A stretch of 64,000 bases of DNA from Trichodelitschia bisporula (Eukaryota): assembly GCA_010356995.1 (NCBI GenBank), contig ML996701.1, positions 674,963 through 738,962 on the forward strand, read 5' to 3'. Below the pieces are notes generated by a model. The model searched no databases and had not been told where the DNA came from. It was given only the letters and a program-made list of their open reading frames with translations. Of the stretch, positions 44,643 through 56,700 are shown piece after piece (within the stretch, counting starts at the first letter, position 1; each line of letters opens with the position of its first letter). Both the position numbers and the translations under genes were made by a program.

Positions 44643-45937
44643 CTTGATCTCGGACTGCCGGATTGGGGGGGTGGTATGGTGATACTGATAGCGGAAAAAG
44701 GACGCATATATGCGCCGCCGCCCTTCTTATATCCTCAGATCCACAACTCCACCCCTCTCACTCCCATTCCCACCCCCAACCTGCAGCGCCAACCCGCAGC
44801 GCCAACCCGCGCCCGCAGCGCGACCACGCCGCCCCAAAATCCTCGTCCTCCACCGGCCTACGCCTCCGGGGAACCAATCCTCCCCTCCGCGGCCACCACG
44901 CGCGCCGCCCACGCATCAAAACATCAGCTCCATCGACTCAGGTCCAGGCCGCAGGACCGGCGGGCCAGGACCGCGGGTCGAGCCCAGCAGTCCGATCCGG
45001 GTGCACGCCAGCATGATCCGGGTCCGCGGTCGGGCCACGCGCCGGATCGGGAAGGCACCGCGGCTGATCCCTGTGCTAATCCCGAGGTCGACGACGCTGG
45101 TGACCGGAGCGTGGGCGGCTCTAAGTTTACAACCCGGATTTCAAGCTGGACTGGGACTCGTGGGCGGTTGCTGCGGCTTACGAGCGGAGTTGAGGCTGGT
45201 TGAGGTGGGGTCGCGTGTGTGAAGTGCGGGGCGCGTGCAGGATGCAGGTCCGCCGTTAGGCGGCTGGGAGAAAAGGGACGGGCCGGACGGGGCTTATTGC
45301 CTAGCTAGAAGACTACCGTACCGTGGAAAACATTTACCGTAAGCGACGGAGAATTTAAGCTTATTCCGTGTACATGACCTGCTCGTGAGGAAAGCGCGTT
45401 GTCGGGTTGTTGCACACGTGAGGTGGGGCCGACGGGGATTGGTCCCATGTAGCGCGAGGCTGGGGCCGCGTTCAGCCTTGTTCCCTGCCGGGGATGCGAG
45501 TCAACGACACGAGCGAGATTTGGGTGGGAAGCTGATGGGAGTTGATGCGGGGAGGAAGGGAGGGCGTGGAGGCGGTGGTGCCCCGCTTTGTGGGCCGCGG
45601 TTATTGTAGCTTAGTTTGTGGAGCTCGAAGTTAAGCTCGGAACTCAAGCTCGAAATCTGTAGTTTTGATTTGTGAGGAGTAGAGATATATTGCTTGTTCA
45701 AATAGAAAGCTTCATGATGCGGTGCTGCTGGTATTTGCAAACAAACAGGATCAGTCGAGGGCGAAGGGCGCGGAGATTTGTGAGGCGTTTGGGCTGGGCG
45801 AGTTGGGGGGTTGGAATTGGACTACTGTGCATTGTTCAGCTATTAATGGGGGGGGCTGATCTATGAAGTTGAGCCGAGTGCTCTAGGATAGCTGGGCTGA
45901 ATGCTCCATGGCAGTACGCTGCGCAACCGGCAGAAAG

Positions 45938-46790
45938 CAGAGTTTGCTATATATTTCCACCGCCGCAAATACTGTTAAAGGTTGGGGGAAGCAGGCCATG
46001 CGTAGCCGAGTGGTACATCGACGGGTGTGCCACTGGGTAATGATCGCAGACACCTGACTCCAATAAAACCCCCCAGTTTAAAAATCCTCCTCTAAGGCGC
46101 CGGAGAACAGGGTTTTCGTAGCTCGACCTACAGCACCATAGTATGGCGAGTGAGCTTTTGCTATTTAGCCGCTTAGATTTCTTTTTGGAGGCCTGTTGTA
46201 GGTGCTATTGAGGGGATCGTGAATAGCGGGATAAATGGGACGAATAGGGGGCATGGATGGGATGAATACTCCGTAGGAGCATAAAGGTCTGCAGTTCAAT
46301 TCCTGCGCCGACCGCTCAAAAAAGAGTTATATGAGCTTTCCATCCCCCTGAGCTTTTATCCCATCTTATACTGCCCCTCCTGGCTACCTCAGCTCCCCAA
46401 GGGTTGAGCTGAGCAAGCTGGTAGCAAACAGAGCAAACTGGCAACAAACAGAGTCTCTTATATGTTTTCACCGCCGCCAAAGTTTGCCACGAGGAGTGGA
46501 GGTCAGGTACTGCGTGGCTGAGGGGTACATCGACGGGTGTATCACTCAGTAATGGCCGCATGAACTTTGACTTCGTTAAAACCCCGCCAGATAAAAATTC
46601 CCCTCCTGGACGCAGGAGAAGGGGTTTTTGTAGCCGGTTCAACCCGGGTGAGCTTTTGCTAGTTTGCTAGATGGGCCTTTTTTTTGAAGCCCTGTTGCGG
46701 CTGCTATGGAGGGATCGTGAATTGCGGCAGAGATCGGATGAATAGCGGCATGAAGCTCTGCAGTTCAATTCCTCCGCCTACCACTCGACA
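45938..46790. repeat. Diverged tandem duplication (~350-380 bp x2) in intergenic DNA
   Basis: Copies at ~45938-46320 and ~46449-46790 share GGTACATCGACGGGTGT, GTGAGCTTTTGCTA, GGGATCGTGAAT and TCTGCAGTTCAATTCCT in the same order. Confidence 0.85.
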
Positions 46791-46816
46791 GTGTTTTTGC
46801 ATCTCCTTCGCCCTCC

Positions 46817-47683
46817 TCACCACTGTATCAGGACCTCCCGTTCCAATTTATCCATCCCAGGCACCATCGCCAGAACCATAAGGTAATAAGGCCTATGACC
46901 CTCCCCCTTCCTCTCCCTCCCCGGCTTGCGATTCATCCCCTCCCACCCCTCCTTCACTGTACGCACCACAAAGCCATGCTCAGTCAACCCATTAAGATAC
47001 GTCTCCACCGTCCGATGCCACTTCCTCACCCCCGGCACACCCAACCACTCCCTATCCCTCGGACCCTCATCCCAATACCCGCTCAACGGCCAATACACAT
47101 CGCCCTTCTCATCCCACCTCCAGACATCCTCCCCCAGCGGCGCCGTAACCACAGGATGCTCAACACTAAACACAAACCTGCCCCCGGGGCTCAACACCTT
47201 CCTCACCGCACTATACACCGCGCTCAAATCCTCAACATAATGCAGCACCAGCGACGCATGCACTATATCCCACGACCTCATCCCCACCTCCCCCTTCAAA
47301 TCCAAATTCGCCAGATCCCCCTTCGCAAACGACACCCCCCTCAGGTATCCCGCCCGCGCCCGCGCGGCATCTAACATAGACTCCGAAACATCGATTCCAT
47401 GGACCCCAGCGCCATTCGTCGCGGCCCATTCGGCAAACCACCCCGGCCCGCAGCCAAGATCGAGGATATCGCATCCCCGGGTCGAACCGAGGAGCGCGCG
47501 CATGGTAGGCCATTCGTAAGCGGTGTCGAGGCCGTGGGTGAAGCGAGGAAGCTGAGAGTAAGCTGCAAAGAAGGCGGGCGAGTCGTAGATGTTTTGCGTG
47601 ACGGAGGCGGGTGTGTCGGTAGGGGCGGGGGCGGTGAGGTCGGTGGTGATATCGGTTGGCTGGGACTGCGTTTCGGACGACAT
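46817..47683 (-). CDS. Class I SAM-dependent methyltransferase
   Basis: QNIYDSPAFFAAYSQLPR; motif I ILDLGCGPG; GIDVSESML, SLVLHYVED, PGGRFVFSVEHP and KWHRTVETYLN. Confidence 0.93.
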   Translation of the reverse strand: MSSETQSQPTDITTDLTAPAPTDTPASVTQNIYDSPAFFAAYSQLPRFTHGLDTAYEWPTMRALLGSTRGCDILDLGCGPGWFAEWAATNGAGVHGIDVSESMLDAARARAGYLRGVSFAKGDLANLDLKGEVGMRSWDIVHASLVLHYVEDLSAVYSAVRKVLSPGGRFVFSVEHPVVTAPLGEDVWRWDEKGDVYWPLSGYWDEGPRDREWLGVPGVRKWHRTVETYLNGLTEHGFVVRTVKEGWEGMNRKPGRERKGEGHRPYYLMVLAMVPGMDKLEREVLIQW

Positions 47684-48631
47684 TTTAGGCGACGAGGTTG
47701 ACTTAGAGACGGAACTCCGTGAATGTGGGGTGTATTTAACCTCGTGAGCGACGTCGTACGGTGTCCGCGTTCAGCCGCTGCAGGGATGCGGCGTGAAATG
47801 CGGGGTCGGTGAGACTGGAACGCGCGATATTGCGCCGCGGGGATTGAATGGCGGTTCCCCGTTGTTCCATTCGGGTTATACCGTACTGCATTCCGTATCC
47901 TGGCGACACGCGAATGTCGTCCGCTTTAACGTAATGCTGCCTTGCCTTCCCGTCCCAGCCTTGCGGGGTGGGGCGAGACAGAGTCTCGTTTCGGCCCGAC
48001 GCGGGCTGACGGGTCGGCCCGCGTGCCGTCCCGGGCCGGGGTGAAACAAGGCAGCGGCGATGGGGTGGGAGTGGATTACAGTCCCCGAGCACAACGAGGA
48101 AGACTTGCATAACCGTGGTTTCCGCGGTGGAGAAGGGAAGGAGGCGGCGGTGAGTGCGTTTCATTGCCAGTGGTCATTATGTCCGGTCGAGGTCCGTGTT
48201 CACATCTTTCATCGTTACGCTATCGTCACCGTTCCTCTATTTCTCAAGCACACGCAAGCCTACACCAAGCCCGCAAAACCACGTCTACATTTCCACTCAC
48301 TTCCAGTTCCCCGCAAGTACTCCCTCTACGCATAATGGCCCTCATCCCCCGCCGCCAGCGCCCCCCCCGCACTGCCATGCACCGCGCCCTCAAATCACAC
48401 ATCCCCAACGCTAAGCCCATGCTCCGCTTCCCGCTTATCTACCTACAAATTCCTCGGTACGCCCGATTGGCCGAAGATGTGGATTTCGAAACCGGTGGGT
48501 TAAGTTTCTGAAGCTTCTGAAGAGAGAAGGGGCTGATTGCGGGTAGAACTGTTGAGGAGGATGGAGGAGGAGCGCGAGTGGTGGATGAAGACGGTGGGAG
48601 CGGTGGAGGGAGAGAAGGAGAAGTGAGAGTC

Positions 48632-48683
48632 NNNNNNNNNNNNNNNNNNNNNNNNNNNNNNNNNNNNNNNNNNNNNNNNNNNN
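48632..48683. other. Assembly gap (52 N)
   Basis: Run of N. Confidence 1.
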
Positions 48684-48860
48684 GTGGGGTGGGAGATGGT
48701 TGGTGTGAGAGTGGCTGTACAGTCGGATATTTTGTGATGGTGAGGGTGTTTGGACATTCCTATACGTTGGGGAGTGAAGTGCAGTTTTGATATTGCAACC
48801 CTGGGGAATTACTACACCTTAAGCTAAAAGCGCTGAGTCTAAGCACCAATTTGAAACACC

Positions 48861-49938
48861 CTACGTCACCGTATACCCACCATCAACCCTCAAATCCGCC
48901 CCTGTGATATACGCACTCGCATCGCTCGCAAGGAACGTAACCGGCCCCTTCAAATCCTCCGGCGTGCCCATCCTCCCCACCGGAATCAAACTCGTCCACT
49001 TATCCCTCAACTCCGGATTCTCATCCATAATCTTCTCCGTCCTGTCCCCAGCACATTAGCCCCTCCCCCTTCACCACCACCACCACCAATCCCAGGGGTA
49101 CTCACAAGGCAGTCCGCATATACCCCGGACTAATACAATTAACCCTCACCCCACTGCCAGCCCACTCCACCGCCAGACTCGCCGCCAAATGACGCACCGC
49201 CGCCTTACTCGCATTATACGGCGCCTGCGGCTGAGGCACATTCACAATCGCCCCGCTCATGCTCCCGATTAAGATTATACTCCCCCGAGCTCCGCGCGAC
49301 ATCATGTGCTTCGCGACGCCGACGGCGAAGAGCCAGGTTCCGTCTACGTTTACGCTCCAGAGGGCTTTGAGGCGCTCGAAGGGATATTCGGTGGCGGGGA
49401 GGTTCTCGGTGAAGCCGGCGGAGGTGACGAGGACGTCGATCTTCGTATGAGTGTTAAGAATTGAGGCAATGCATGCCGTGACCGAGTCGGGTGATGAGAC
49501 GTCAGCGTAGTGCGCTGTGATGATGGGCCTGGAGGTTAGCTCCGCCCGCATCTCCGCATGGGATACCTACTCGCTCGCTCCTGGGTTCGCGGCCATGTAT
49601 GTATTGAGCAGACCTTCAGCTCCCGTCCGCGCCTCACCCTCTGCTCTACCGTTAACCCCCATTTACACGCTTTATATCCAGACCGCACCGTTGATATCCA
49701 CAAGCGCGACGTCAGCCCCGCTCTCGACCAACGCCTGCGCCATGACAAGACCCAGACCCCGCGCACCACCGGTTACAACGGCGACTTTGCCCTCGAGGGA
49801 GTAGATGGGCAGGGTGCGCTTTGCGGACTTGGGAGGGTTGGGAGGGGTGGTGGGGGGGAGGTGCGCGGGGTAGGTTGTGCTTATGGTGGGGTCGGTGCGG
49901 GAGAATTCGCCTGCTGGGGGGGCGGAGGGGGTGGACAT
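48861..49938 (-). CDS. Short-chain dehydrogenase/reductase (D-arabinitol 2-dehydrogenase / L-xylulose reductase-like), multi-exon
   Basis: [35 protein letters not shown] and terminal [16 protein letters not shown] (stop 48861-48863). Confidence 0.93.
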
Positions 49939-50245
49939 TGTGGAGCTGGTAAGAGAGGAGAGACGTGGATGATGAAGATAGTCAAGTCAAGTTAGAGATG
50001 GAGTACGGGTGGGGTATTAAAAGAGAAGGGATTATGGGGGAGTGCTCCCTTCCCCCGCGATCCATTCCCCCGCGATATCGCTAGCGGACAGGGTACCATC
50101 CAAGGTTGGCGGGGTAGCGGGGTCGCGCACGTGTAATCGGCCCGCCAGCCTCGTGCGTCACAGCCTTGTCATCAGCATGCCCCACCATCACCACCAACCC
50201 CCCCATTACCCATCAAACAAAACTCCATTTCCATCCTAACCAACC

Positions 50246-52298
50246 CTACTCCCCCGCCCTCCCCATCTCCCCAAAAACCCTCAGTACCCTCCCCACCATC
50301 CCCTCCCCCCCCCCAGCATCCAAACTCACAAGCTCCCTCACAACATCAGCATACACCTGCCCCACAACCGGCACCAACCGCGGCACCTGCACCTTAACCA
50401 AATACTCGCGCATCATATACGGTTTCTCATTCCGGCTCACAAGTTCCTCAAGCGGCGTCCACAGCCCAATCTCCAGCAGCACCAACCCCAGCGCATAAAG
50501 GTCGAATGCAGCTTCGTAGTCCCGCTCCGGCCGCAGGCGCACCGCCGGGTGCGCGTACACGTCGCGCGCGGCGTTGCGCCGTGCCTCAACTTGAGACCTC
50601 GCGATATCGGCCGCGGAAGGCGCGGCCAGCGGTGGCGATGCGGGACCGAGGCCGGGGAAGCCACTCACCGGCCCACCGAGGCTCGTCGGCGGCCCGAACT
50701 CGTGCTCGAGCACCGCGGCAGGAGCCCCCGCCCCATGTCCCGCCCCATGTCCCGCCCCATTAACCCCCAAACCCACCACCGAGCCAGGCTCAGCCTCCGC
50801 GACCCCATAATCCATCAATCTCGCGCCAGCCCAATCAACTACAATCCGCGGCGTGCCAGTAGCACTCCCGCGCCGATCCAGCGTTTTGAACGCAAGCACG
50901 CTAGAGGAGCGGATGTTGCGGTGCAGACACCCCGCGCTGTGGAGGAGGATGAGCGCTTTGAGGAGGGTGCGCGCGAGGCCGAAGCGGGCGCCGAGGGGGA
51001 GGCGGGGGGGGTAGTGTAGGTGGCGGTTTAAGGACTCAGGGGCACGGAGGTCGAAATCTGCGTTCTCCGTTGGGGAAGGGGGGTTGCCGGAGAGACCTTC
51101 GGGCAGGGCGTAGACGAAGGCGATGAGCCCCCGGGATGCGTCTTTGAAGAGACCACTGCAGTGCAGGGTGCGGAAGCGGATTGGTGTCCAGGAGTCGCGG
51201 AGGAGGAGCCCGAGGCGGAGGATGGACTCTTGTAGGTTCGTGTCTTTGGTCCCGGGGGCGGAGAGGTAGGATTTGAACTCGATGTACACCGTCGCGCCCG
51301 TTTGGGTATTCGTCGCCAGCGTCGCCAGCGCAGTGGGGTCATGCGGCGAAAAATCCCCAGCATCGAGACATAGCACCCCCTCCCTCTGCGCCGGGCTTAA
51401 CACCCCCCCACCCCCCCTCGCACGCGCCTTAAGTTCCGCCAAATCCTGCAACAGCTCATACCCCGCCTGCGTCGGGCTATCGTTCGCAGCACAATACGCC
51501 TTACTCAAATGCTGCCCCATACTCCCCGCAACCCCCCTCAATCCCTCCTCGTCCTCCACACCCCTGAGCCCACGGGCCGCAAACGCCACGGCCATAGACT
51601 CGTACGCGCGATCGGGACACGCGCGGTACAAGGCATCATTGTGTTCTTGCAGGACCTGCATCAGCCCGCGCATTTTGTACCGGTCTTTGACGGTCCAGCG
51701 GCCGGCGGCGTGGATCGCCATACGTGCACGGAAACGGGCGATTTTGCGGGCTGTGGACCACGTTGCTGCGCCGTCGGAGGTGCCGCTGGAGGAGGCGCTG
51801 CCCGAGCTGAAGTCCGAGCCGCGGCGGGAGAGCGGGGAGCGGTTGGGCGAGGGCCAGGTTGGGCTGCGGCGGACTGCGGGTGTGAGGCTGGGATATTTGG
51901 GGTAGGTAGATTAGGGGCTTACGAGTGTGCTCCACTTCGCGCCTATCCTCGACCGCAATGCCATACCGGCGAAACAGCTGCGTCTCATTCGACAGCGTTT
52001 CGGCAATGGCCTCAAGCGCGCGCTCCATAGCACCGGCGCGGAAATGGAATTCGGCTAGATAATGGAAGAGCTTCGGACTCGGGGGGGTATCATCCCCACC
52101 GCCCTCGCCTTCACTCCCCGTACTATCGATTTCCCAGTAAAGCGCCCAGGCAGCCAGCGTCTGGGCTTGGATGTCGAAGTCTGCGCGGGCGAGTGCGGCG
52201 GCTTTGTCGCTTGTTTTTGGGCTGGACAGGAAGGTGAGGCAGTCGCGGCACGCGGCGTAGAGGCCGGTGATGTTGTTGGCGACGGTGATGGGGTTCAT
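50246..52298 (-). CDS. HeLo-like + pseudokinase protein, 2 exons
   Basis: N-terminal amphipathic helix with DIQAQTLAAWALYW and RWTVKDRYKMRGLMQVLQEHNDALY (HeLo-like); kinase-like IEFK, LHCSGLF, HRNIRSSSV, VYAHP and DLYALGLVLLEIGLW. Intron 51874-51922 joins the two ORFs in frame. Confidence 0.85.
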
Positions 52299-52893
52299 GA
52301 CGCTTTTTGGAGGGGTAAGTGGGAGATATGGTTAGGCGGGGAAGGACTGCGGCTGGTCATCGTCGGCGGAGGTCGGGCATGATGGGAGTTTGGGGGGAAA
52401 GTTGCCATGGTGCCCGAGGTCAGCTGGGTTAAGATGGATTGCGAGCGGTTTCGTGGCCTGCGTGTGGTGTGTTGTTCGGTGCCAGCGCAGCACAGACTGG
52501 CTCGATGGCGGATGGAGCTGCATGGGCACCGCCTTATTGGTGTCTACGAGTGATCACGTGGAATTATTAAGGTGACGAAGGTCGGAAAGAGACTCAGAGC
52601 CAAAAGGCGACAAGAAATGAGCATATGTTGATAATGTACATATAAAAAGGCATCTCCCTCAGTTCCGGTGCTGTAAACATCCCAAAGGCCCACAGCGGAG
52701 CTCAATCCAAACCCTCAATCTCCGACCAACACCCTGCAAGGCGCACACACAATACCAAATATTCCCTAAAAGCATACAGTCGAGAAAAGAAAAGGGTGAA
52801 CAGGTACAAATACCCAATATCGCCATCCGGCATTTCCCCCCCTCGCACAAAAAAGAGCCCAACGCCCACGCCCGCACCTAAGCCCTGGCAAGA

Positions 52894-53786
52894 TCAATAC
52901 ACCATAACAATGTGACTCTCCACTGCTTCCACCGTCGTCGCACCTTGCTGATCCCCCGTAGCCGCAACCCGCAGCAAACTGACCCGAATGCGGAAGTTCC
53001 CCTGGTGATACACAATCAAGCCAGGCAGCGAAATATATCCTATCGTATCATTCGCCATGTACCCATTAACCTGCTCCTCCGTGCCCTGCGGCACATACAG
53101 CGACGCCACCAGCGACGGCCCGTTGAGCACGCCCGGCTCAGCGTTGCGCCCGCCGTCCGTCACTAGGCTAGCCACGGCGAACAACCGGTCGACCTGGTGC
53201 TGCGAGCTGGCGTGCGGGGCGCGCACGCGCAGCATCAGCGGCTCGGTGAACGGGTACCCGGCGGGGCTCTGCGCGGGGGGCGGCACAACGAAGTCGAGCA
53301 CGAGCCCGTCTTCTCCGATCCCGCGGCCGCTGCGGCGCGAGGTCGGGTGCCGGCGGCTGGTGGTCTCGAGGGCGGGGGAATGGTCCGGCTCGTTGCCAGG
53401 ACGCGGTCGGCGGGCATGGTGGCGTGTGCGCTGGGAATCGGAAGAGCGGGAGACGAGGGAGGGGAGGTGCGTGCGTTGAGCGACGTCGGTCATGTCGGTA
53501 GTGGGGGCGCCGGAGGCGGGGGGAAGGCGCAAGGCTGCGAGGCGGGTGGAGCGGCGGAGGGGCCCGTTCGGAGTCGAACTCACGGGGCGGCGGGGACGGC
53601 CGTTGGGCGTGTCGCGGCGGAGGGTGCTGGACGTGGTGGTGTCTGGTTTGCGGCCCCTACTGCCACCGGGCATGTGACGGCTTCCTGAGCCTAGAGCGCG
53701 GGGTTAGCCGATGTTCGCGGTTTTGATGGCCAAACCGACGGGCCTATACAGTCATCCCAGGCGAAGAAGAAGCAATCCCCAGACAT
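52894..53786 (-). CDS. Velvet-domain-like protein (putative DNA-binding regulator)
   Basis: C-terminal LDFVVPPP...PLMLRV...LFAVASL...GYISLPGLIVYHQGNFRIRVSLL...ESHIVMVY resembles the velvet/Rel-like fold. A possible 5' exon 53750-53786 joins via intron 53691-53749; otherwise the start is 53673. Confidence 0.6.
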
Positions 53787-56700
53787 GGCCAGCGCGTAGA
53801 CGACGATGAGTGCATTGTGGGAAACGGGGTCCGGTGATGGCAATCATCGCGGCATATATAATCAAGCGAGACGACGCGCGCCGCTGCGGGGTGGCTTTGA
53901 AGCTTCAGCCGCGACAAAGGGTCATAACAGCCACCATTATAGCCCCACGCACGCGTCGGCCTCACGTTCGACGAGTTGAGCAAAATGGGTCCGGGGATAT
54001 TGAGAGCGGGGACCAGAGCGTCGCGGTGCGGGTGCGTAATGCAGTGCATCGCGAGCGCCCAAAATAGCAACCAAGGTAGAGGGTCTGGAGCTAGAGCTCC
54101 AGGTTTCAGGGGTCCCTTTAATCTCACGCGTGCGTGGTAGTTGCCGGACCTGGTAGTCCGGACGGTTCCTGAGTAAGGCCCTCCCCGAGACGGGGCCTAG
54201 GCCAAGGTGGACATGCTGGACGGCGATCCTCCGCCCGGGCGGTGCGGGCGCAGACTTCTCGGACCGTGGGCCGCTGCGGGGCACGTCATCGTGAGCATAG
54301 CCGAGAGTGGCAGACGCGCGTGACGGAGGCGCTGCTCGAGCCGAGCGTAAGACTGAACGGGCGGACAGTGTCCGGAAACCGGGAGTGGGGGAGGCGCAGG
54401 AAGGGAGTCCCCGGGAAGGTGGGGTGTGTCGTTGCGACGGCAGTGGGGATAGTGGGATATTTTTGCGTTGCGCATAGTGCGTGGCATATTGCACTTCATT
54501 CAACGGGCGGGCAGCTCGGTTCGTAGCCGGGGCCGAGAGTCTCGATGCGAGCCGATGCGTCCACGTCCGGGGCAGGGCAGAAGGGAGATCCAAGGAGGGA
54601 CGCGCGTGGAAGTGGGGTGCTTCAAGGAAAGACAAATACACACTCACCGAGGTTATGTCTGTATCAAGCCGCTTCCGTGCTCAGGTTCGGTTCCGTGCTT
54701 TCACCACACTTCCCCTATCGGCCTTGTATCTGAACAACCCCGTCGACCGTCGACCGGAAACAGGTGAGGCGAGGGCCCCGGCTTGCGAGGGGGTGCGGTT
54801 TGCAAATGATTCCAAAGACCACGATACGGCTCGTCCACGTCGGCTTGCTCGCGTTCGGTTCGTTCGTCCCTGGCCGTGCGTTTTTCTAGCCCTACTGCCA
54901 AACACGTTTGCGATGGCTGTGCTCGGTTTGCAGTGCAGCGAATTTTGATGTTCCCTACACTCATTAGCCACGATTTCCCGACCGGGGATGTGCATTGAAA
55001 TACACGGGTGGAGGGGAGCATGTACCGTTTGGTGGCCCTGAACGATGATAGCCTGGGGGCGGATGTAGGGTTGTAGCGGGTCAATTCGATGGGGCGAGAT
55101 ATGCACGAGATGCACTGATCCACATGAAACAAGCCAGAGGGTTTCTCTTCTTCGGGGACGGACCGTTCAGAACGTGGAAACCAGAAATGTTGATGCAAAC
55201 GTCACCCGGCTTCTTGATCGGTGTGTCTGCCCGTTCGGAGCATGGGGGTTGCTGGCGTTTTATATCACTTTCTCGCTTCTGAAATGTGAGTACTCCGATG
55301 CGGGCAATGACCCAGCTTCCCGAAAGAACGAACGCCGCAGACGGGATCTCGTCATTGTGACCATTGGCTCGTAACTTCCCTTGCTACCATCGGCACCTAG
55401 GTGCGCGGCAATTGCAACGATTGGCTTCGGGGGCTGAAATGTTAGCATGTTGCTGCTATAGCCAGCCCTCTGTGTGAAGTCAACCGAGTTGGAGGCTTTT
55501 CTTTTTTTTTGGGCGCGCGGAGAGGCTGTCCCTCCCGGTCAACTTGAGCGCCACCACTTGGGGGGAGCGGGGAGCCTTGCCGTTCCTGGGAAACCCGGGA
55601 TTCTCAGCCTCGATGCAAGATCACGCATCTGGGGCCTTGGTCGCTTGATAAAAGCCGTACGGCAGAAATGCCTCGACGCCGGAAACCGCTGCACCGGGTC
55701 CTTTGTTGTGCTCTGGCCGCGCCTGGGGCGGCCGTGTAACCGTCGAGATAGCGGATGGCGCTTAATTACCATGGCTCTGGTCGGGAGAGATGTCACCTCG
55801 ACCACTGCACACTCTGCCAGTTTGGACGTCTCTGCCCTCGAACATTTCCGTCCCCCCCGTTTGCAACCCCCACATCACCCGCAGACACACCCCCCGCTGC
55901 ACTCCCCTCACGTTTAGCGCTCGCACCCGCTTCGAGCGACGGGGACTTCATGCTGTGACATCAACCCCATGTCGTGCCGTGATCTGGCCCTCCCCCGCCG
56001 GCCTTGTCATCGTCGAGATCGGATCTCCTCCGACGGCGACTCGGAGGCCAATACCACCCACCCCCATGGCTATAGCAGCCCACGGGTGGGGAGCACGCCT
56101 ATCTCGTATCCTCCCACCAGCAAGTCTCGATCTTGTCTTACCCATTCCCCCCCCCCGCCCCCGCCTTCCGCAGGGGCCCCTTGCTTCCCCATGTCTACGA
56201 AAACCCGAGCTAGCGAGCGTGCTTGGGGCGAAAAAAAGCTGCGGCGGCCGGAAGATGAGACGCGCAGCATTTTCGGTGGCACGCTGCGCGCGGTGGGTTG
56301 CCGGCCGGACCTGCCGAGTCATCTGTGGCGCGTTGATGTTGCCAGGCTGCGCAGAAACGTGGGCAGAACCGAGCCTGCTGTGAAGACCGCAAGCAGAAGG
56401 ACGGAGCTGCGAGATACCGTCTAGTGCGGTATCACAGCCCCAGAGTATTTTCGACCACCGAACCACCCCCCTTCAATTCTATTTTTCTATTACCGTGGCA
56501 TGATCTGCGGGTTCCAGCAGACATGTGGCCTCGTCGCAGCAGCGAGGTAGCAGCCGCTGAGTTCTTCGCGAACGTTGGACTACCTGCGGCGGCGAGTAAC
56601 CCAACTGGTTTCTCAAAGGGGATGACTCCCATTTCGGGAGATCACCGGCATGGCGGGTGCTTTCTGAGCCACCCACAATAAAGATGGGAGGGTTCGCACC

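Noticed and set aside
48060..48760. ORFs around the N gap
   Set aside because: They are short, interrupted by stops and the gap, and have no recognisable product.
51636..51922. Apparent frameshift between the two ORFs of the HeLo-pseudokinase
   Set aside because: It is explained by a canonical 49-nt intron (GTAAGC...CTCAC...CAG) that restores the frame.
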